Below the pieces are notes generated by a model. The model did not search any database, was not told where the DNA came from, and saw only the letters and a program-made list of their open reading frames with translations. A stretch of DNA of 12,517 nt from Armatimonadia bacterium (GTDB taxonomy: Bacteria; Armatimonadota; Zipacnadia; Zipacnadales; UBA11051). The DNA is taken from the NCBI GenBank assembly GCA_039683575.1, contig JBDKRC010000163.1, forward strand, positions 1 through 12,517, given 5' to 3'. The translations under genes were made by a program, and so were the position numbers. Shown one piece after another: positions 6,470 through 12,517 of the stretch; positions within the stretch are counted from its first letter, which is position 1; each line of letters starts with the position of its first letter.

Positions 6470-9400
6470 CTAGCTTCCTGGCAGCACCTTCGGACGACTC
6501 GGTGACAGGTAGATCATCACTCCCTGACGCGCCGGCAGTTTCACCTTAAAGCCACAACCATCCGGCGTAGCCTGCACGTTGAAGGGCCGTTTGTTTCCGG
6601 CGTCATAGGCCCAAGCCGGCTTGAACCCCAACCCTCTCACGGTCACGGTCCCCTCATTCTCCGCCGCATCGTGGTTGAGCACTATCACCAGCGCCTCCCC
6701 CTTGCTCTGCCGCACCCCAACTTCCATTTGCGCCGCCCTGTCAACCACCACCGCCGTCGGCCGAATCCCTGTGAGGCTCAGGGCCTCAGCCATCTTCCGC
6801 CGCAGCGCAGCCGCCTCCGCTAACCTATCACCCTCCACCGCATCCTTGTACAGTGCTTCGGGATCATAGCCCAGCTTCACAACCCGCCCCTTGCCCAACG
6901 CGCACTGGTAGTACGGCAGCATCTCCGGCTCCCCGCTTTCCCTGGGCGCAGGGAATTCGAAGGGCAGCCTCACCTCTTCACCGCGGTGATTCCGCGTCGG
7001 CACCTTGTCCAGGACAAGCAATCCCCCGTCTCTTACCCACTGTTCCAGCGGCTTCACCAGGTCCCCATGAACAAGGTCCGTCCCCAGCATCACCAGCACC
7101 TTATACGGTATCGCCTTCTTCTCCAGAGCCACTTCCTCCGGCAGGATATCCACATTCCCAAACCCCTGGCTGACGCAGGCGTAGGTGTACGGTCGGGTTA
7201 CAGGTTCGTTGGTCACACAGTTCTGGGCATTCGGGTACAGGAATGCCACAGGAGCCACTGGACGCGCCGTACGGGCCAATATCGGCCCCAGCGCCCGCAT
7301 CTTCGGCAACTCCTGCCCGGTCCACGCCCACCGCTCCGGCCGCGAGTCCGTCCCGGTCCCAAACGTGGTATGGATGAAGCTGTTCAGATAGTCCGCCCCC
7401 TGCAGCACGGCCTCGTAAGCGCACTCTGCCGAGGCTTCCTTGGGATTTTGCTGGAAGGGCCAGTTCCGGTCGTCCAACTCCACATAGAAGCCCCACGGCT
7501 TATTCAGGTGCTGGCTGATCTGCCGAATGTACGCCATGCACCAGGCGGCCTGGAGCATCCGTATCTTCTGCGACACCGGGTAGAAGTACGGGTAGACATC
7601 GAAGTCAATCCGGTCGGCCCAGCGGCTCCAGTCCAGGGCGTCCTGATGGTTGCTGAGGGGCCGGTCGTAGCCCAATCCGGTGCTCATGTAGGTCAGCAGC
7701 AGGTCGAACTTCGCCCCGGACTTCTGCTTGAATTCATAGCTCTGGCGATAGCCTTCGGCCACATAGTAGCCCATGAAGTCAGCCATGGCCCACCGGGCGT
7801 AGCTGTCAGTGGCGGGGATGTCCTCCAGCTTGCGCAGCGGGATGTTGTAGCGGGCCTGGAAGACCTTCTGGCAGTATTCGCAGTAGTCGAGCATCTTGGG
7901 ATTGACGGTCGGCTCGTCGAGGATCTTGACCGAGAGCAGGCGCGGGACGCGGCGGGCGACTTCCAGTTGGGGCGTGAGCTTGTCGGCGACGGCCTTGGGA
8001 TATTCGGGGCTGAAGACGCAGGGGCTGGTCGGACCCGCGGAGTTGACCGCGTTGAAGCCGCTGTACTCGAAGATGGTTGCCATACCCTCGACGGCCTGCC
8101 CCTGCGCCAGGAGCTCAGCCGCAAGGGTTGCGCTGGCGGTGGGTTTGCCGGCGCGGGCCAACTGGTTCAGCCCGCCGACGGCTAGTGTATTGAAGCCATG
8201 CTTGTTTACATCATCGAGTTCAAGACCGTCGAACACGTCCGGATAGTGCCCGCCGGCGCTGCTGCCGGCCATGGTAATGACGGGGAAGAACCCCTTGCGC
8301 TGCAGGGGCTCAGCAATCCAGAACGTATCGTCGCCGGCCGTGATCTGCTTGCCGTCTTGGAAGAGCAGTATCTCGAGCGGGTGGATTCCTGGCGCGAGTT
8401 TCGGGCACGTCAGCTTGAAGGCGACTGTCGGTGCCACAGGTTGCGGGGCGCTGACCTGACCCGCTTCGGGTATCCGTGCTCTCAGGGTCATGCCGGGAAG
8501 CCGTGACGCTTCCGGCACCTCGACCGAAAACTCAATTGCGTCGCCAGGAGCCACCACGGGCTCCGGGAGCGGCCAGACGATCCGCGGGGCCGCCGGATCC
8601 TCGCCGAAAAGGTGGTAGTCGAGGCTTTCGGTCTTCGAGGCCCGGAGTGCAATTACATAGGGGTGAATCGCGACGGCGGTCTTCGGTAGCCGATAGGTGA
8701 GCTTCCCGGAGTGAAGCTGCCCACCCTCACTCAGGTTATCCATGTCGAGCAGACTGCCCTGTGGATTGTGACGGAGGGTGTCAGCCTCGATTACTACCTC
8801 ACCCGGCACGGCGACCGTTTGCGGCGGCAGCGTCAAGCGCGTGAAGTAGTCTTCGGGTTCGTGACGTGTGGTCCACTGGATGAGCCTGCGGACGAGTAGC
8901 GGGTAAAGGTCGTTTCTGAAGAGATCATCCGCCTGTTCCATGCCGGGCATGGCGTTGACCACGGCCACGCGTCCCTTGCCGAACTCGCTGGCGACTACGA
9001 CCGGACGGTCCTTGCCCTGCAGGATCGTCATCGCGTCTGGCTTGGCGGCGAGTTTCTGAAGATAGCAAGCCGTGCCAAGGCCAACGTCGGCGAGGGCAGC
9101 GTTAAGAAAGTGCGGCGTGCCAGCGTCCAGCTTGGAGGTGGCGAACTGGGCGGAGCCGGGGGTGAAGGTGACGGGCAGGAGGTCGGCCAGCGGGCGCTTG
9201 AAGTCGCGGGACTTGGCGAGCGTCTCCATGCCGCCAAAGAAGATCATCCCGGCGCCGGAATGGACGAGGTCGGCAAGCCAGGTGGCTTGCTGCGGGGTGA
9301 GGATGAAGGGGTCTACGTCCACGAGGACGATTAGGTCGGTCTTCAGGAGAGGATCGATGGTTTTGGGGAAGCCGTAGAGATCGAGGCCGAAGTGGAGGCC

Positions 9401-10153
9401 CTTGAAAGGATATGACGTCAGGTCCGACCCGTCCTTGAAGCCCTCACCGGTCCTTACAATCTGCTCTTCAAGCTGGTAATGACCCGCGGCGGAGTGCTTG
9501 ATCATGAGGACATCAAGCTTGTTGTCGCGCTTCAGGTTGTAGGTGGTAGGCGTGTAGCTGGCCTGGGAGGTCTGGTCCACTTCCGCTACGAGGTCATCAA
9601 CAAGCAGGGTGAACTGGGCGTTGCGGTTGTCAACGTCATCGAGCCGGAACGTCAGTTGCGTGACCTCGCCGAAGACCCTGCCCCAGATGTTGCGGACGCT
9701 GCTACTGGGTTTGGTGTCTATGGTGCACTGGACCCACTTGCCGACGGGCGGGGCGGCGGCAATCTCGTAGTCGGTGAAGTCGGTCGGAGAGTTGCGGAGG
9801 CGGAGCTTGAAGCCCCCGGGGGCATCGAGGGCGACGTCACCGGTGAGCTTGTACCAGAAGGAGACGGTGCGGAGGCGCGGGATGGGGAGCGGGGTGGTCA
9901 GGTCCTTGGAAATGAAGCAGGGCTCGGACTTGGTGGGGTCAACGAACCGGACATCAGCGGCGAGAACCTGCCCGCGCTCGGGATCAGTGACGATCTGGAG
10001 GCCCTTTTGACCGGTGTTGCCCTTGTAGTAGTCGGGGGACATGCTGGTGGACCACTTCTCCAGCTTGCCGCCGTCAAAGCTGTCAATGACAAGCTGCTCC
10101 CCCACCGCCGGAAGCGCCAGAGCAATGCTAATGATCACCAGCAATCTTCGCAT
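6470..10153 (-). CDS. Secreted multidomain GH42-like (clan GH-A) glycoside hydrolase, 1227 aa: CBM-like beta-sandwich, class-I glutamine-amidotransferase-like domain, Ig-like linkers, TIM barrel, GH42 trimerisation-like domain and C-terminal beta domain
   Basis: Signal peptide MRRLLVIISIALALPAVG. CBM-like region: IDSFDGG, VSFWYK, GKW, LLVDDL. GATase-like region: DLIVLVDV..WLADLVHSGAGMIFFGG, ASEFGKGRVAVV. Barrel: HGFNT, PCVFSPEY, ILDEP (E747), DYCEYCQKVF, FDVYP, GFYVEL (E892). Trimerisation-like region: PVAFLYP, YKVLVM, LEQWVRDGGLLV, LGKGRVV. Substrate unknown. Confidence 0.85.
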   Translation of the reverse strand: MRRLLVIISIALALPAVGEQLVIDSFDGGKLEKWSTSMSPDYYKGNTGQKGLQIVTDPERGQVLAADVRFVDPTKSEPCFISKDLTTPLPIPRLRTVSFWYKLTGDVALDAPGGFKLRLRNSPTDFTDYEIAAAPPVGKWVQCTIDTKPSSSVRNIWGRVFGEVTQLTFRLDDVDNRNAQFTLLVDDLVAEVDQTSQASYTPTTYNLKRDNKLDVLMIKHSAAGHYQLEEQIVRTGEGFKDGSDLTSYPFKGLHFGLDLYGFPKTIDPLLKTDLIVLVDVDPFILTPQQATWLADLVHSGAGMIFFGGMETLAKSRDFKRPLADLLPVTFTPGSAQFATSKLDAGTPHFLNAALADVGLGTACYLQKLAAKPDAMTILQGKDRPVVVASEFGKGRVAVVNAMPGMEQADDLFRNDLYPLLVRRLIQWTTRHEPEDYFTRLTLPPQTVAVPGEVVIEADTLRHNPQGSLLDMDNLSEGGQLHSGKLTYRLPKTAVAIHPYVIALRASKTESLDYHLFGEDPAAPRIVWPLPEPVVAPGDAIEFSVEVPEASRLPGMTLRARIPEAGQVSAPQPVAPTVAFKLTCPKLAPGIHPLEILLFQDGKQITAGDDTFWIAEPLQRKGFFPVITMAGSSAGGHYPDVFDGLELDDVNKHGFNTLAVGGLNQLARAGKPTASATLAAELLAQGQAVEGMATIFEYSGFNAVNSAGPTSPCVFSPEYPKAVADKLTPQLEVARRVPRLLSVKILDEPTVNPKMLDYCEYCQKVFQARYNIPLRKLEDIPATDSYARWAMADFMGYYVAEGYRQSYEFKQKSGAKFDLLLTYMSTGLGYDRPLSNHQDALDWSRWADRIDFDVYPYFYPVSQKIRMLQAAWCMAYIRQISQHLNKPWGFYVELDDRNWPFQQNPKEASAECAYEAVLQGADYLNSFIHTTFGTGTDSRPERWAWTGQELPKMRALGPILARTARPVAPVAFLYPNAQNCVTNEPVTRPYTYACVSQGFGNVDILPEEVALEKKAIPYKVLVMLGTDLVHGDLVKPLEQWVRDGGLLVLDKVPTRNHRGEEVRLPFEFPAPRESGEPEMLPYYQCALGKGRVVKLGYDPEALYKDAVEGDRLAEAAALRRKMAEALSLTGIRPTAVVVDRAAQMEVGVRQSKGEALVIVLNHDAAENEGTVTVRGLGFKPAWAYDAGNKRPFNVQATPDGCGFKVKLPARQGVMIYLSPSRPKVLPGS

Positions 10154-10177
10154 AATCTACCACCCGTTGTTGCCGTT

Positions 10178-10201
10178 GTGGGAGGGGCCACTGGCCCCGA
10201 C
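10178..10201 (+). repeat. GTGG-headed REP-like hairpin (GTGG-GA-GGGGCCA-C-TGGCCCC-GAC)
   Basis: Perfect GGGGCCA/TGGCCCC inverted repeat with the GT(A/G)G head and the same GA..GA flanks as the elements at 4690 and 4840. Confidence 0.75.
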
Positions 10202-10212
10202 GCCTCCGCCGT

Positions 10213-10247
10213 TCCTGACCTCTGAAACCTGACTCCTGACTCCTGCC
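10213..10247. repeat. Degenerate heptamer tandem repeat (TCCTGAC, about 5 units)
   Basis: Units read TCCTGAC CTCTGAA ACCTGAC TCCTGAC TCCTGCC. Confidence 0.7.
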
Positions 10248-10257
10248 TCTCCCTGCC

Positions 10258-12516
10258 CTACTTCGGCGTCAGCAGGCGGTCGGGCGCCTGGGACCAGTAG
10301 GGCGGGATGTTCTCGGATAGCGTCAGCGTGTAGTCTTCCATCACCCCGGTGGGGGCTTTGCTGATCTGCAGGCACCACGGCTTGTTGTCCTGACCCACCG
10401 GAACAGTGACTTCGAGCGGGCACTGCTCCTTCTCAGTCGTGGCGGCTGAGGCGACCTCTTTGCCCTCGGGGTTGAGGATCGTGAGTCTCGCCGTCTCAGC
10501 AGGTGCCGGGCTTTGGAGCGTGACTTTGAAGCTCTTTACCCCGGCGGGGACGAAGACGTAAAGCGGTGCGGTCTGGCTGATGAAGGTGATCTTCGGCCCG
10601 ATCATGGCCGCGTGGTTATTCAGGAGGGTCACCGGAGCCAGGTTGGAACCCGGATCCACTATCAGGTTGTAGATGCCGGGGGCAGGCACCGGCAGATCGA
10701 GCTTGGCGTCCTTGCCGGCGTCGATGGTGCCCTCGGCAACATGGTCGCCGTTGGCGGCCTGGAGGCTCCAGCGGCAGAGCCCCTCGTTCTTGCCGATCTT
10801 GGTGCAGGCGAGGTTGGCGCGGAAGTTCTCGCCGGGACCGAGCAGGGCGACGAAGCCGTGGCCGCCACGGAGAGTGATCGGCTGTAGTTCGGCAGCGGCG
10901 ACCTGGTCGGAGGTGGCGCGCAGGGGTTCGCCGTTGTAAGTCAGGACGCGGCCCTGACCCCAGGCGCGGAACTCCAGCCACGCGCAGTAGTTCATGTTGG
11001 CGACATTCTCAGTCTCGATGCTCTGGCGGTAGGAGCGGAGGTCGGCCAGGGCGCGATAGAGCTCGCGGAACTGGCCTCTCGCGCGGGCAGAGGCGACAGC
11101 GACGCACTTCTCAGAGTGAGTGAGGCCCTTTTCGAGGAAGGCGACGCGGGCGAGGGCTTCGGGATCGCGAGCCGCAGCAATCTGGGCGGCGGCCAGGAGC
11201 TTGTGGCCCTCGGCAAAGGCTTCAGGCGTATACATGTCCTGCGTCATGCGCGGGAAGTTGCCCCAGTTGCCACCGTTCTTCTTGGCGGCATCGCGGAAGA
11301 GCTGGAGGTTGTCCATCGTGTACTTCTCCCAGAAGTCGAAGTACGCGCGAACCTGCCTGGCCGCGGGGCCGAAGCCGGAGTAGTACTCATTGAGGATCTC
11401 TTCGAGCGGGGCGTTGACCTTGTTCTGCCACCGGGCGAAGAGGTAGGTCTGCGGGCCCTGAGTGGCCCACATGGCGGTGAGGGAGTCGTAGTCCGTGGCC
11501 TTCATGCCGTGCTTGGCGTTGTAGGCAAACTCATCGGCATACTGGTGCAGATAGATATATGGCATGCAGTAGCCGTCGAGGGTGTAGTTGGGGCGCAGGA
11601 AGAGGTTAGCACCGGTCTTGCTCCAGCCCGCCCACATGTCGCGGACCCACTTGTGCTCTTCGGGAGTGCGCGGGAAGAAGACGTCAGGGACCATGCCGAT
11701 GTAGACGTGGTCGTTGAGCTTGGTCTTCAGCGGCGGGAGGGCGTAGTTCACGTAGGCATAGCCCGTCACGACAGCATTAGGGTCGTGCTTGGCAGCCATC
11801 TGCTGAAGCGTGAGCCAGAAGCGGGCATAGCGGTCGGAGACGCACTTTTGCTCGTACCGCTCGGAGATAGCCTTTTCGGGCCGCTCGACATCCCACGAGA
11901 GACATGTGGGGCAGGTGCAGAGGCCATAGACGTCGTTCTCGCAGCCATTGATGGTGATGGTCTCACCGGGTTTGGCAGCGCGCTCGGCCAGCCAGTTATC
12001 AATGATCTGCTGGTGGAAGCCGGGGTTGGAGACGCACATGGACAGCCGGTCGCCGTGCGTGGGGCCTTCGGGGCGCTTGCCGTCCACCATCTGGAACCAA
12101 TCCGGGTGGTCCTTGCCATAGCGTTCCCACCAACTGGTGAAAGCGTGGCCGTAGCGGAGGCGGAGGGACTTGCCGCCGCGATGGCGGCGGAGGAAGATTG
12201 CTTCATCATGGCGGGCAACGGCTTCGGCGGTCGGCGAGAACCCGCCCTCGACGCCGGCGTTGCGGTTGCTCATGGACGAGCGGAGGTTGCGCTGGACGAG
12301 GTCGGGGGCGATGGTTTTGTTGAGATCGGCGATAGTCAGGCTCTTGGTGCGCGGCACGACCGTCCCAAGCTCACCGGGCCAGAGCCAGCGGACCTTCAGG
12401 GCGTCTTCAAGGAGCTGGTAGACGCCGAATAGTGTGCCGGCGAAGGTCATGTAGTTGAGCGCCTCACCCTCGCTGTCGTGGCCGACGATGAAGAGGGCCT
12501 TCGGGCCGGTGCGGAG
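10258..12516 (-). CDS. Second DUF4838-type protein, 5'-truncated by the window edge, with two C-terminal beta-sandwich (PPC-like) modules
   Basis: The frame stays open upstream of Met 12450 to the edge (LRTGPKALFIVGHDSEGEALNYMTFA). Motifs: GTLFGVYQLLEDALKVRWLWPGELG, GHAF, HPDWFQ, MCVSNPG, ENDVYGLCTCPTC, SDRY, YAYVNYALPP, LRPN, EYYSGFGPAA. Confidence 0.9.
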   Translation of the reverse strand, partial: LRTGPKALFIVGHDSEGEALNYMTFAGTLFGVYQLLEDALKVRWLWPGELGTVVPRTKSLTIADLNKTIAPDLVQRNLRSSMSNRNAGVEGGFSPTAEAVARHDEAIFLRRHRGGKSLRLRYGHAFTSWWERYGKDHPDWFQMVDGKRPEGPTHGDRLSMCVSNPGFHQQIIDNWLAERAAKPGETITINGCENDVYGLCTCPTCLSWDVERPEKAISERYEQKCVSDRYARFWLTLQQMAAKHDPNAVVTGYAYVNYALPPLKTKLNDHVYIGMVPDVFFPRTPEEHKWVRDMWAGWSKTGANLFLRPNYTLDGYCMPYIYLHQYADEFAYNAKHGMKATDYDSLTAMWATQGPQTYLFARWQNKVNAPLEEILNEYYSGFGPAARQVRAYFDFWEKYTMDNLQLFRDAAKKNGGNWGNFPRMTQDMYTPEAFAEGHKLLAAAQIAAARDPEALARVAFLEKGLTHSEKCVAVASARARGQFRELYRALADLRSYRQSIETENVANMNYCAWLEFRAWGQGRVLTYNGEPLRATSDQVAAAELQPITLRGGHGFVALLGPGENFRANLACTKIGKNEGLCRWSLQAANGDHVAEGTIDAGKDAKLDLPVPAPGIYNLIVDPGSNLAPVTLLNNHAAMIGPKITFISQTAPLYVFVPAGVKSFKVTLQSPAPAETARLTILNPEGKEVASAATTEKEQCPLEVTVPVGQDNKPWCLQISKAPTGVMEDYTLTLSENIPPYWSQAPDRLLTPK

Positions 12517-12517
12517 G

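Noticed and set aside
4950-6472. IS element or integron cassette
   Set aside because: No transposase or integrase, no terminal inverted repeats and no recognisable attC structure. Only the 7-bp direct repeat is present, and it is reported as a finding.
7430-7600. Replication origin at the skew switch
   Set aside because: It lies inside an intact CDS, with no AT-rich unwinding element, DnaA-box cluster or dnaA/dnaN gene visible.
11116-12432. 438-aa plus-strand ORF, and similarly 6986-8185, 9479-10225, 3389-4213, 2713-3699 and 221-799
   Set aside because: Antisense or off-frame shadows of well-supported genes, with low-complexity or motif-free translations.

Overview
High-GC bacterial window; the gene content resembles Armatimonadota or PVC-type polysaccharide degraders, which is an inference. 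It holds six supported CDS. Three are large minus-strand, probably carbohydrate-active proteins: a DUF4838-type protein with an inserted LamG domain (285-3239), a multidomain GH42-like protein (6470-10153), and a second DUF4838-type protein cut by the right edge (10258->12517). A divergent cytoplasmic serine alpha/beta-hydrolase lies at 3395-4480. Between these sits a lower-GC, closely coupled two-gene cassette: DUF488 (5788-6240) and an uncharacterised 'KTYP' protein (4954-5778). The cassette is bracketed by a 7-bp direct repeat that contains two stop codons, and it is the best candidate for an undescribed nucleic-acid-processing or defence system. Intergenic DNA is rich in REP-like hairpins: a TGTC-type tandem array at 1-263 and a ~70-bp-period array of different GTAG-type hairpins with a shared linker at 4619-4889. 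A strong C-to-G strand-skew reversal falls inside the GH42-like gene near 7430-7600. All family assignments come from motif recognition by eye; no searches were run.
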